A DNA stretch of 62,513 bases, filler included, from Sphacelaria rigidula (GCA_964200075.2; 9 parts of 9 records of this genome joined end to end with filler, not necessarily neighbours in it), one strand, 5' to 3'; numbered from the whole stretch's first letter, positions 49,747 through 61,669 are shown. A program made the numbers and translations. Notes: generated from the sequence alone by a model not told the origin.

Positions 49747-50415
49747 ATTCAATCACCCACACTCAATCTCTGTCTCACTCAATCACTCACACACACTCAC
49801 CACACAACACGGGATCTTACAAATTGGGGATGGATCTTTTATTGAGGATGAGTAACCCGGATACTCAAAATCTTCGTATCCACGCCAAATCTTCGAAATA
49901 TGGTTCCATTTCTTCACCTACTGATATTTTCAAATTGGGGATGGAACTTTCATTGGGGATGAGTAACCCCCAATAAAGGATCCATCCCCAATTTGTAAGA
50001 TCCGGTGTTACACACTCGCATACAAACCCCAGAGCAAAGCACTGTGGCGGAGGCACCCAACCGGATCAGACAAGACTGACTGAGGGCGTGGGGCAGCTCA
50101 GCTGCCTGTATGGCATATGTATTGTACTTGCATAACCTACGCCATTAGACACTGGCTATCACAATCCTCCCCAGTCCCAACATGGTTGATACTACGGAGA
50201 AGCCGCACTGATGCGGGGGTGATAGTCCACACAAGTCAGGTATGCGTGAACCGCGGTCAATAGTCTGACCCCAGGCGAAGAACAAAAGTGTATAGCGCTT
50301 CAATTATTTCTCGTCGAACCCTGCGCAGTCTCTCTCAATCCCTCTCTCTCTCACACACACACTCAATCACCCACACCCAATCTCTGCCTTAGTCAATCAC
50401 GCATACACACTCATG
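49578..50415 (+). repeat. Two diverged direct copies of a ~220-bp unit (49578-49805 and 50197-50415) ending in CT/CA microsatellite
   Basis: Both copies begin GAGAAGCCGYACTGATGCGGGGGTGATAGTCCACA and share GCGTGAAC, GTCAATAGTCTG, AACCCT-CGCA and TCAATCACCCACAC. Confidence 0.8.
49806..50009. mobile_element. AACACGGG-family MITE, short variant
   Basis: TIR AACACGGGATCTTACAAATTGGGGATGGATC / GATCCATCCCCAATTTGTAAGATCCGGTGTT, flanked by ACAC on both sides. Confidence 0.85.
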
Positions 50416-50417
50416 AG

Positions 50418-50563
50418 CCGGTCGCCCCGGTGGCTCAGTTGGTAACCTCGTAACCTTCTGATGGGTGAGTTGTGGGGTTCGATTCACGGAGCGATCTGGG
50501 ATTGTTTCTTACACCATGCCCAACAGTGGAGAGCGCCTATGCCGTGGATACACAAAATTCGAC
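50418..50563 (+). mobile_element. tRNA-derived SINE family 1, 5' part
   Basis: Same A/B-box head as at 6787 and the start of the family body. Confidence 0.8.
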
Positions 50564-53500
50564 CGGTGGACGAGGAAAAGGTGATAGGAAGCCTCATGCA
50601 CCGGGTGCATTGTCGCGGGAAGTTGTAGGCCTGCCATGGCCAGTTGAGACCAGGTATCATTTATGCAATCAATTCACCCATATTTGCCCATTCACACACA
50701 CATAACACACACTGAAACCACCACTGAATCATAACTAACACACCACTGAATCAAGTGGGGCGGGAAAGCGTTCATACAAAATCATACGTCATGATCCCAA
50801 ATTTTCGGCACCCGAGGAGGCGTGTGCCGCCAGTAGATTTGTACTGCAAGCACGACATCGGGTATACCTCAAATAACAGAACTAGTCTCCTATTTGTACT
50901 TCCCCTGTATGTCATGACCCAATCTTGATATCCATTTCCCCTGTATCCAGGCAGATCCTGGAGCGTAAGTATAATCAATTAGCCTCCCTGCTTACGGCTC
51001 TAGGACTGATAGTTTATCCTGAATACATAGTGCCTCATTCTAAAAAACGGGAGGATATTTCTTGTCTTTTCGGACATGAATCCAACACGGTATTACCAAG
51101 AACAGATAAAAAGAAACCCCAATCCCGTCGGAAAATAACCTTTCCAGCCACGCACAGACGTCGCAAACTCGTCTACTGTAGCAATCGAAAGCTCAAATCC
51201 TGAATATAATCAGTTCTCCGTAACCTGTCCATGCTTCATTTCAACAATTGTTTGCATCAGACAGCACAAAACGATTAGATAAATGTATATCAATCTCAAT
51301 CATTACCAATCCCCAAATCTTCCTTGGAACAACCAAAAATCACACATGAATGCACAGTGGACACCCTTTTCTTACTCCTCGGATACCATGATGATATTCG
51401 AGAAACACACTCAACCTTCCAATACTCGAATATGTCAAAAGCGCACTTTTCTCATAGTAACAAGATGCTGTTGTCTATGTGGAATTCGATTCAACATACC
51501 GTCTACAACACGGTCTACATCAGGCAAGAGTCTACAGTCAACATGTCCAGTGATCGAGATATCATTCCACTGAACAATAACATGACTCCTCGATAGAGTA
51601 TGCAAAATAAACACTGCAAAACAAAAACTTGCAGCAGTGTTGTGTGTACCACATCCCCTCGAGTTCGAGAACAAAATTCAATTTCAAATCGAATCATTTC
51701 AAGTTCAAATAGCTCAAACTAGAGGTATGCTCAAATATCAAAAAGAAAATAGATTTCCCATCTGTCCCAACATCAGAACACAAGACCTGCTTCTGTTTGC
51801 ACCACTCTGTATCCTAGAAAAACATCATTAGCCTCCCTGATGTCGACCATCTATTAACTACCTAGAATACTTGATATAACCCACATCAGTGAAAACTTGT
51901 AAGCTTAGATCCCTTAATGCGAGAACACGAAAAAAACTGTTTCGAACCTCGTTCACTTCATGGACCCTAGAATACCCAGGGGAAATTCATGTACCAGTAC
52001 ACTCGTGCATTTCACAACGACTTGTTCTGCTTATATCCTATCAGGGAGAAAATCGGAGCATAAAACCAAACTCTGTAAGCACTAAAAATATTGTAACCAA
52101 AATTAGGGGTTCATCAGTCCACGTTATTTCGAATTACTGATCTTTGATGCAAATTTCGCTCGTCTCCGGCCCGCTAAATTCCCAAAATCGTCAAACTCAT
52201 CGTCCCACTCCTAGAATATTCCCTCTTTCACAAAAAATCAATCCCTGTACACCAAAGTCCAAGTGCATGCAAAGAAGTCGGATAAGAAGTCACTCTGCAT
52301 AAACAGTACACTCACCCAAACATCAGGACGGATATTATACTCCTTAAATAAACGCCACACCCTGGAGAGAACATAACATAAATTACTCCGTATTAAAACG
52401 CCCCCCCCCCCCATTCAATATTATATATTGATTTGCGGGGAGGATTGCTTCCAGGTAGTACATGAAAACATAACATCGATGACCTCAGAGTCAATTATCG
52501 TGAGTTATCCTGGAGCGTAGTCAGTCCCGCATGTTGAACGGCTGGTGGATAGTCAACTGTTTAGTGACACTCAAGACTAAAAACCGTTCCACTCTCGGCA
52601 GTATACTCGAGGTTGAATCCACGCCATGTTCTTTCCGCAATTGAAGATGTCTAACCCAAAATCCAGAGCCGGTGAATCACTTTGTCAAAAACGTTTTAGC
52701 GCGGATAGCAAAATGTCAAATTCCCTCTCGAAATCCATAACCGACGGATCAAATTATCCAAAATACCCCGCCGTGGATAACTCCATCACATGAGGTTTCT
52801 CCCAAAATACTCCGCTGTGGATAACTCCATCACATGAGTTTTCTTTGTTTTTAGTTACCCGAAAAGAGAATCATGGAAGCAAATAGTCAATCCTCCCCCC
52901 CTTTATTTTCTTTCTCGATAATCCCAAAATCATTGCAATCATGTGAAGGATCAAGTTAAAAAGTCCATGACCACTCTACGGTGGTAGCACTTCGTAGGGC
53001 GTAGGGAACAAAAACTATAATAATCAAACAAAAAATGCAACCACGGGACGTTTCACATGGTTGGCATGTCACGTTGCTGCGAACAACGAGACGAAAATAT
53101 TCCGAATCAAATCCAAACTCCCGAAGAAATAAAATGATAAAAAGTTAAATGCCAAAGCGTGGTTGGTTCCTGCCCTAGCTCCTGCTAAGTCCCTCAAGTG
53201 GTTGCGTTGTCGTCGCTCAGGCCGCGGTCGCTGTTCCGGTTTGGTTCTTGCGGTGTCGCGGTTTGGGCTTCGTCATTTGCTTTGCACATCCGCCGTTCGA
53301 AAGCAGTTGCCTCGCCATAAAAATTGGCTCGCAGCACCAGGGGCAGGGCACGCGTGCGGGAAGAAATAGTCGCAGAAATAAGGTCATGCAAAAATGCGAA
53401 AAATATTCGAAAACACCGTACATCCATCATATCAAAGATGAAATTTCTCCCCTATAAACCCATGCGCCTTTCCTCGCAACGCTGTCAAAAACAGTTCACA

Positions 53501-56234
53501 GCATCATGCCGTGGGTACACAAAATCTGCCCTAACGGTCGTCGATGGCACACTGCGCTTAACTTCCCTCGCGAAGAACATGTATACGCAAGCATCGCAGG
53601 AGGTGGAGTACCAAAGAAGAAGAAGGAACAAAAACAAATCCTGTGTTGATCCTCCTGTCAGACTCCGGCGGGTGCGCCCTCATATACCGAAAGGTGTATA
53701 CTGGCGTCCAGAATGGATGGGACAACTCACACACGCAGTACTACTTATATTTTTCTGGCTTGCCAGGACTAAAACGATTCAACTGCACTCAATGTAGACC
53801 ACACAATCTCGTCAAGCTATACTATACTATGGACCAATAATTTTGAATAATCGGGGGGGGGGCATGGAAATTTCGAACAGTACATGCTTACTCAACGTGT
53901 TTCCTTTACATGCTTGGGGAACCATGTAAGCTCTACAAACAGTATAATGCTTGCCAAAATATACCCATGAATCCAAGATTGATCACGCCGGGGGGGTAGG
54001 GGAGCATGATCAACAAATATATTCCTCAAACTAATCAAATAGCATATCGTTGGTCCGCATTTGCCCGCAGCACGAGAACTGTACGTAGCAAACCGTAATG
54101 CAACATGGTATGCAACCAAATCGCCTGGAGTACAGTACACGGGTGGCAGTTGAATATGAGATATTGCTGCGTGATCATTCATAACACTTTGCAATTCCGT
54201 TTCTGCTTGCAGCCGGCGCGCTCAACGTGCTTGATTAGCGTCCAATGTCCGACAACACAAAAACAACCGCATCTCATATCACCAGCCAATGTGATCTTAC
54301 CTTCCTGTACTCTACATTACGATCAGTTGAAGTCCTGACTGTCAATCCATGCAGTTTGGAACACAAGTGGTCGTCCGTACAAGGCAGCATGTTGAGTGCT
54401 TCACTGAACAGTTCTACAGATTGTGCACAGTACAATGCAGTCCAACAGGGTAAAATGGTCGAGTACCATACCCTACAGATCTGTACAGTGTATTACGATA
54501 CAGTGCAGACGCGAGAATCAACACATGTACTTGCGCGACGTGTTCAGCACTTTCCTGACGGTAGATAACACCCCCTTATACAGTTAAGGGGATCATATCA
54601 TTCTGCAATGGAGAAGGGGAAAACCAAAGTCTCAAACATATGAGAATCAAAGTAGGGCACACATAAAACACTCCAAAATCACACTTGCGCTCCGTCTCAT
54701 TACGGAGCGATCAGGGCGTGATCCTGAATGGAAAAGCAAACCAACAGGAGTCGAAGAATTTTTGAAAAACTGGTTCTCGATCCAAACAAAAATGATGGCT
54801 CATGAAATCGAATCATGACACCGACTACTGTAACAACTAACCAACTACAGTGGATGACGGAATATAACACGCCTACACGACGAAATATGAAATCACGTCC
54901 ATATCCTCGGGGCATACACGAATGAGAGATACTGCATAGATGGGCAGGGCATAACAGTGATAATTAAACAGGGGATTCAAGGGAAGGGCAATATATTGCC
55001 AACAAAAAACAATGCGACTGTAAGCCTGAAAAATGAATCGTCGACATGTTACACGTGAGAAGACATCAATTTAGTGTGGCGTTGTGTAACACCCGTAGTT
55101 CAACAGAAGAACAAGGACATATAACACTCTAGAAAGCAAGAAAACACGCAAACCAACTCGCAAAATAGAATAGAATGGCTACTTACCGATAACAAAACAT
55201 TGTTGAAGTCATCCTACTCTTCGACCCTGGTGGTTCTATCAAGATTCGATGTTCAATCGAAGGAAAAAAATCAAAAGGGATAACGTGCCTTTGTGAGCAG
55301 TTTGGCTCGTGTTGAAGTAGAAGCTGGGAAGCTGATGACGGTGTCGTCCTGGACGTGGCTTGTTCATTGGAGTCATCCTACGATAGAGGGGGGGGGAGGT
55401 ATTTGGTTGCACGAAAAAAGAGGCTCATGAGTGTGTCAGACATCCTTCCACAGTTATGTTGCGCTTTTATGTGGTTCCAAACGGTGTCAGGCAGTATGGA
55501 TGAACGTTATTGATCCACAACAAGCTTGTCCGAACAACCGTTGCTGCTTTCGACGACNNNNNNNNNNNNNNNNNNNNNNNNNNNNNNNNNNNNNNNNNNN
55601 NTTAATTAATTAANNNNNNNNNNNNNNNNNNNNNNNNNNNNNNNNNNNNNNNNNNNNTGTTGGATTTCCCTTCCCCCTGCCCCTCTTTTTTTTAACCCCC
55701 TTTTTTTGCCGTTTCATTTTTTTCTAACGTCCTCCCCCCCCCCCCCCCCCCCACCTCTCTCTATATATATAGATGACTTTTCCCCAGTTGGCCTACGGAC
55801 TACCCATGGTTGACACACTTTTCGAAGAGCCCCAACCCCAACACCTCCTACGACATACTGAGCAACCTCGGGCAAGAGGGGTGCAAAGGGTGCCGTAGGT
55901 AAAGTGTGTGTTGGCAGACGTCGGATCGGCGCCCGCGGTGCCGATTTAGACAAGAAACGCGTTCTGCGCACGCTACAGCAGGAGCACTCGGGACTGTCAG
56001 CCCCACTCAAGATCCGAATATTGGTGTTTGTGACGCCAGTCAGAAGAAGAACTGGTGCATCACTGCTGTTCAGGGACTTCCCAGTCTCACTGGCCTCAGT
56101 TACCAGTTGTCAGCCTTTACAACATCTCATGATCAGGAGTACCCTCCCTTGTAGGCACAGCCTCTTAGACCCGCAGGGTATCATCCCCGTGTCCCCAGAC
56201 ATCATCCAGAATCCTCCCAGAAACCTCCAGGATC

Positions 56235-56482
56235 TGTGACAAAATAACGCCCTCACGTTGAGTTGGTAGTGATGATGTGGATAATGACAGTTGGTAGTGG
56301 TGATCTGGATCATGACCAGGGACACTAGGTTATACCCTGGCGTGTCTAGGAGGCTGTGCCTACGAGGGCACTTCTGAATAATGAAAATATTGTAAAGGCT
56401 GACAACTGAAACTGAAGCCAGTAAAACTGGGGAGTCCCTCAACAGCAGTGATTCAACAGTGCTTCCACTGGCTGGCGTCACA
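56235..56482 (+). repeat. 5' LTR
   Basis: TG...CA ends; direct repeat of 60365-60613 with about 20 differences by eye. Confidence 0.95.
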
Positions 56483-56776
56483 ATACCGATCTTAGTGCTA
56501 GTGCTAGTGCTAGAAATCTGCTGGAAAGGATTTCGGCAGAGAAGTCTGGTAGCTGTGTGAAGGTGATTAACCACGGACGCGTGGAGAGGGTACCAGCTGA
56601 GGCAGAAAGGCGGCTGGCCTGTGATTGATCCAGACTGGAGACCTGCTGAAGCTGCGTTCAGCGGGAGTTTGGAGACTCCTACGACTGTGTGGTGCGGCGA
56701 CGAAACAAGGAAAGGGCAATTCGCGAAGGTCCGCTGGCCTGCAACGGTTCGCAGATAGCCGGTTACAGCTGCTGCT

Positions 56777-57124
56777 ATGGCGACACCCGTGGTCATGCGG
56801 GAAGAGTTGCGACCTCCCCAATATGGGGATAGGTACTCAGAGAGTGCATCTCGCACTTTTAATACAAAGTATTTTGATTACAAGAAGCGCGTGAAACACG
56901 CTAACGCAGGGGGTGCTGTGCGGCATCAGGTGGTACGAACGGCTCAACAAGTGCCAACTTATGTGCAGAGAGTGTTTGCTCGTTTGGAGCATAAAAATAT
57001 CACGATCACCCCGCCGCAATTGGTCGCGGCGATCAAAAAGCATGCTGGGCATGCGGGGGGAACTTGCCACTGTTGTAGCCGGGCCGGCCATTACGCGCGC
57101 GATTGCCCAACGTCTTCCAGTTGA
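56777..57124 (+). CDS. gag: Shortened gag with CCHC zinc knuckle
   Basis: CHCCSRAGHYARDC fits C-x2-C-x4-H-x4-C. The same frame continues G/Q/A-rich past stops to ~57580. Confidence 0.75.
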   Translation: MATPVVMREELRPPQYGDRYSESASRTFNTKYFDYKKRVKHANAGGAVRHQVVRTAQQVPTYVQRVFARLEHKNITITPPQLVAAIKKHAGHAGGTCHCCSRAGHYARDCPTSSS

Positions 57125-57497
57125 GAGTCAAGGCAATCTTATGCTGCGCGCCATTAGCATCGTCAGCACAAGGGCAAAAGACGAGGTATTCGTGGTGGCG
57201 GCGGCGGATACTCCGGCGGTGGAGGGTCGCAGTCGAGTCCTCGGCAGCAACAGCAGGGGCAGCGGCGTCAGCATGGGCCTAGTTATAGATCCGGCGCCGC
57301 CGTAGGTGCTGCTGCTCCGCAACGGGTGGTGAAGGTGGAACCGACTTCTACAGTGTCGAACACTGCGCCGGCGCCGGTGGTGGCGCCGGCGGCGACACCG
57401 GCAGCAGCGCCAGGCGCGACGCCTGCTGACGCGCTGGCCGCAGGTTCGCCAAATTCTTGGTCTGCTGGCTGGGGGTGATACCCGCCGGCGGTGCCGT

Positions 57498-60290
57498 TTG
57501 CACCTGCCGGGGGCGTCTTCGCCTGCGCAGCTTGCGCAGTCGTGGCGTCAAGTGGGATTAGCGGCGCATCGGTCGGCCAATAAATTGCCAGAGGAGTTTG
57601 CGGACAGGTGCGTTCCTGCGGAGCTGTGCCTTCCAAATCAACGGGAGCGTGGAGCCATTGTGGTTCAGGCTAAGTGGGATTCTGGCGCCCACTTGACGGG
57701 TCATGTGAGTCTGTCGGTACAGGTTGGAGAGATGCTGGAGCGTCTTCTCCCGGGGGTGCCGCTGCACATTCCCTTTTCGCTCGTGGCGCGGCAGGCCGTC
57801 ACCGCGTCGAGTCAGCATCTTTACGTCACAGAGCGTACTGTTCCGCTGCAACTAACTTTCACGACTTCCTGGGGGCCGGCGCAGTTGCCTCCGATCTCGT
57901 TTGCGATCATGTCGGGGTCGGACGGCGTCATTCTTTTGAGGTTGTCGATGCTTCAGGATATTGGAGTCAACCCTTGGCGGTTGTGGGACTCCATGAAGAC
58001 GCGGATGTCTCCGCCTGGTCCATGCTTTGAGACGCCCGCCGTTTTGGGCAGTCGTCGCGTGAGCTTGTCGGTGGATGCTTTTCAGGAGGCTGGAGGGCAG
58101 GTGACCGAAGAGCGGGATGCGGCGGTGGAACGCTTGGTAGAGTGCGGCCCGTATATGTTCATGGACCAGACGGACGAGGAGTCCGCCCGGAAGGTCGCGC
58201 TGGAGGAGAGCGTAACGGATGCGGGGGTGACAGGCCTCAGCGTCTCTAAATCGGAGCGCCTGCGTGGCATATTGCATTGCCGCGTCAACGCGTTTCGTCG
58301 TGAGCTGCGGGGTGACGCCCCTGCGCGCGTGGAGCCCATGCGTGTTCAGCCAAAACCTGGGGCGTCCGCGGCGAAGACGAAGCCGCGGCGGTACGATCCA
58401 GTGAAGCGGAGTTGGTTGGCGTTGTGCATGGCGGCTTTTTTGGCGCTCGGGTTGGTGTCACGAAATTTGCAGTCGGGGTGGTCCAGTCCAGATACGGCGT
58501 TTCCGAAGATGGCTGCATCGTGGACGGAGAGCAGGCTACAGGTGTGGGCGGCAGCGAAGGATCTGGTGGCTCATGTCGCGAAGCCGTTCCATCCGCGTCC
58601 TGATTGTCAGGTGTCAATATTTCCGGATGCATTTGAGGGCCATTGGGGTAGTTTGGTCATGCAGGTGCCTACAGTTGAAATTCAAATGCCTGTGCGCGCT
58701 GTGGCTGTGTATAGTCCGTGTCAACCTGATGACTCGATGCCGTTCAAATCTATCGTCCGCCAAGCGCAACGAAAAGACCTTGGGGCCGGAGATGTGGATG
58801 TGCAGTCTTTTCGAGTCGGACGTTGGTACTGCTATCTTGGACAAGGTCTGTTTCGTGTGCATGTGCGTGACCGAAACGTTTTGTGGATTCCGAGTTCTGA
58901 CAAGCAGTTGCAGGTACGTCTGATGATTCGCGCGCACATGCGCGACGCCGGGCATCGTAGTGTAGCTGCGACGCTCGTGGGCTTGCAAGAGTTTGATGTC
59001 TGGCAGGGGATAGAAACTCATGTGCGCGAATTTGTCCGCCAGTGTCTTCACTGTGCTGACTCGAGGGCGGGCGATGTTGTTCCCCGCCCGCTCGGCGAAA
59101 CGGTCCATGGGACCACGCCGGATGAAGTCGTTCATTTTGACTTCTTGTACGTGGGCGAGAGTGTCCCGCTAGCTTCCCAAGGTTTGTCGGAGGATGCTGG
59201 GCTTCGATATATTTTGGTAACCATGAATGATTGGAGCAACTTTGTGGCTCTGGAATCAGTAGCAGTGTGTACTGCCGAATCGACCGCTGCATCTTTGCTG
59301 AATTGGCGCAAAACTTTGGGGGTGTCGCGTGTGTGGGTGAGTGATACCGCCACGCATTTCAAGAATACGATCCTGGCTCGATTGCGAGAGACTTTACGCG
59401 TTAATCACCAGTTTGCGGTGGCGTACTCTCCGTGGTCTAACGGTACGTGCGAACGCATGGTCAAGGAAGTAGTTCGTGCTCTTCGCCCTATTCTTCTCGA
59501 GCAGCGTAGAGCGGTTTCCGAGTGGGTGGACGTGTTGCCGGCGGTGCAATGGGCGCTTAATACAGCGTATCGTCGTCGTTACGATAGTACGCCGTACTAC
59601 GTGATATTTGGTCGTGCCCCTCGGACGTCTTTCTCGGTGCTGGCGTCTTTGTCGGCGGGGGAGTGGAAGTGTGATGTTCTGGACGATGTTCAAATTAAGA
59701 GTGCATTGCAAGGGGTCTTGGACTTGCAAGAACGATTCCACGTTCAAGTGCAGGAATGTGTTGCCGCTGAACGTGCGCGTAGACGTGAGGGGTCCTCATC
59801 GGGGCTGGAATTGCCGAGTTTTCAGGTAGGCGACTATGTCTTGTATGCACGCGTGCGTCGTCCGGGTGTTACGCCCAAGTTGATGGCGACGTGGGCTGGC
59901 CCATGGAGAGTGGTCGGTGCTCACCACCGGCACGTATTTGAGACTCAAAACATTGTTTCGGGTCGTGTTCAGACCGCCCATGTAGCTCGTTTGCTTTTTT
60001 ATGTAGACTCCCAGCTTAATGCTACGGCTGACATTAAGGACGTGTTCCAGCATGCTTTCAATCAGGGGCAATTTCAGATGGCTGGTATTGTCCGAGTGGC
60101 AGAAGCAGACAATCGTTCGTTAATCGTGTTGGTCGACTGGCTTGGTTTCGAAGTTGAGGAGCGTACGTGGGAGCCTTTCAAGGATATTTTTGAGGCCGCT
60201 CCGGAATTTCTTATGAAGGAGATGCGTAAATTGCGCGTGACTCGTGCCGTTGCTGCTCGCATTTTGAATGAGTTTGGTTTTCAGTTGTGA
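57498..60290 (+). CDS. pol: pol-derived ORF: aspartic protease, truncated RT and RNase H, integrase (HHCC, DDE, GPW), chromodomain
   Basis: WDSGA; AHMRDAGH...CLHC; VHFDF...WVSDTATHF...SNGTCERMV; WAGPWRV; LVDWLGFEVEERTWEP. No YxDD motif. Confidence 0.9.
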   Translation: MHLPGASSPAQLAQSWRQVGLAAHRSANKLPEEFADRCVPAELCLPNQRERGAIVVQAKWDSGAHLTGHVSLSVQVGEMLERLLPGVPLHIPFSLVARQAVTASSQHLYVTERTVPLQLTFTTSWGPAQLPPISFAIMSGSDGVILLRLSMLQDIGVNPWRLWDSMKTRMSPPGPCFETPAVLGSRRVSLSVDAFQEAGGQVTEERDAAVERLVECGPYMFMDQTDEESARKVALEESVTDAGVTGLSVSKSERLRGILHCRVNAFRRELRGDAPARVEPMRVQPKPGASAAKTKPRRYDPVKRSWLALCMAAFLALGLVSRNLQSGWSSPDTAFPKMAASWTESRLQVWAAAKDLVAHVAKPFHPRPDCQVSIFPDAFEGHWGSLVMQVPTVEIQMPVRAVAVYSPCQPDDSMPFKSIVRQAQRKDLGAGDVDVQSFRVGRWYCYLGQGLFRVHVRDRNVLWIPSSDKQLQVRLMIRAHMRDAGHRSVAATLVGLQEFDVWQGIETHVREFVRQCLHCADSRAGDVVPRPLGETVHGTTPDEVVHFDFLYVGESVPLASQGLSEDAGLRYILVTMNDWSNFVALESVAVCTAESTAASLLNWRKTLGVSRVWVSDTATHFKNTILARLRETLRVNHQFAVAYSPWSNGTCERMVKEVVRALRPILLEQRRAVSEWVDVLPAVQWALNTAYRRRYDSTPYYVIFGRAPRTSFSVLASLSAGEWKCDVLDDVQIKSALQGVLDLQERFHVQVQECVAAERARRREGSSSGLELPSFQVGDYVLYARVRRPGVTPKLMATWAGPWRVVGAHHRHVFETQNIVSGRVQTAHVARLLFYVDSQLNATADIKDVFQHAFNQGQFQMAGIVRVAEADNRSLIVLVDWLGFEVEERTWEPFKDIFEAAPEFLMKEMRKLRVTRAVAARILNEFGFQL

Positions 60291-60364
60291 CTTACTCATC
60301 GTTTTGGCGTTTTCAATGTGTCAAGCTTGTTGATCGATTTTCGTCCAACGCGCTTTGGGGGTGC

Positions 60365-60613
60365 TGTGACAAAATAACGCCGTTACGTTGAGTTGGTAGT
60401 GATGATCTGGATAATGACCGTTGGTAGTGATGATGTGGATAATAACGGGGAACACTACGTTGATACCCTGGCGTGTCCAGGAGGCTGTGCCTACGAGGGC
60501 ACTCCTGAATAATGAGAATGTTGTAAAGGCTGACAACTGAAACTAAGGCCAGTAAGACTGGGGAGTCCCTCAACAGCAGTGATTCAACAGTGCTTCCACT
60601 GGCTGGCGTCACA
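60365..60613 (+). repeat. 3' LTR
   Basis: Direct repeat of the 5' LTR, preceded by a short G run (weak polypurine tract). Confidence 0.95.
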
Positions 60614-61225
60614 GATTCCCGTGCCTCCAGTCATTATCCAGATCATCAGTACCAACTCAACGTAACCTGGTAACGGTGTATTTTCGTCACATGTTCAAAC
60701 TCAACTAAAGTCATATCAACCATGGATGGTTTGGGGCGAACCGGGGTGAGATCTGCTGCAAAACATGCTTCTTATTCGAAGGAAAACCCATCAACACTTT
60801 ATTATTTCAGAGAATAATATTAGAAGGCAGAGCAGGCGCGCAGGTCTCGAGATAGCAGAGGCTGAAGGCGAAAAGCGTAGGTGTGCGGGAGCAGTGGCGT
60901 TGTGCAGCCGATAGCACAATTGGATCGAAATTGATACCACAACAGCAGGGGCTTAAAAAATGGGAACGACATTTGTAGAGCTTGGAAATGGTTTGTCCAA
61001 CCATTAACCAGTTGAATGGTACATAATGGTTTGGTCATCGAACGGTGCAGCCGCAAGCAGCGAGCGACGCAGCCGCGAGCCAAAAAGCTTCCCCCCGGCA
61101 GAGGGGGCGCCTCCAGAGCGCTCCGCTGGAGGCGCCGTGCCGGAAGCACGTTTTTACGCGATTTTGGCTTCGCAGTCGTAGAGCTAAAAAATAAGTGAAA
61201 ATTAGGCCAATTTTCAAGCGCAAAA

Positions 61226-61669
61226 AACACGGGATCTTACAAATTGGGGATGGATCATTTATTGGGGATGGGAAACCCGGAGCATTAAAATCTTCGTATC
61301 CACACCAAATATTCGAAATATGGTTCCATTTTTTCACCTACTGATAACTACTGACAACTGCTACACGCCATAGAAATTTGGATTTCGATCACCGAAATGA
61401 TGGGGTCCAAGGTGAAAAACCGATTCCGGAACCATTTTGGCGTCCGTTCGGACACCCAAAATTCCCCAAAATTGGTTTCTCACCTAGGACCCCAACATTT
61501 CGGTGATCGAAATCCAAATTTCTATGGCGTAAAGCGATTGTCAATAGTTATCAGTAGGTGAAAAAATGGAAAAATATTTCGCAGGTTTGGTCTGGATACC
61601 AAGATTTTAATGCTCCGGGTTTCTCATCCCCAATAAATGATCCATCCCCAATTTGTAAGATCCCGTGTT
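61226..61669. mobile_element. AACACGGG-family foldback MITE (444 bp, ~195-bp inverted arms)
   Basis: Nearly wholly palindromic; flanked by AAAA on both sides. Confidence 0.9.

Larger units (their letters stand above)
56235..60613 (+). mobile_element. Ty3/gypsy LTR retrotransposon with chromodomain, internally deleted (4379 bp)
   Basis: LTRs at 56235-56482 and 60365-60613 (TGTGAC...GTCACA), then gag knuckle, protease, integrase and chromodomain in gypsy order. Flanks are GATC/GATT. Confidence 0.95.
56029..60691 (-). mobile_element. Older related LTR in opposite orientation, split into 56029-56234 and 60614-60691 by the gypsy insertion
   Basis: 56029 TGTGACGCCAG is the reverse complement of the LTR end, and 60691 GTCACA is the reverse complement of the LTR start. 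TGTT flanks both outer sides. Confidence 0.8.

Noticed and set aside
52759-52845. 43-bp tandem duplication
   Set aside because: Two copies only; an ordinary local slippage duplication.
55538-55557. End of contig 8 overlaps the start of contig 5 (27831-27850) by 20 bp with one mismatch
   Set aside because: Both lie within a multicopy MITE, so the overlap does not show adjacency.
6859-55657. Regular ~6957-bp periodic TTAATTAATTAA motif
   Set aside because: Assembly linker inside N runs, not biological. It also invalidates any gene-neighbourhood inference across contigs.
56110-56856. 248-aa minus-strand ORF across the LTRs
   Set aside because: It spans the non-coding LTR and leader sequence and has no protein motif.
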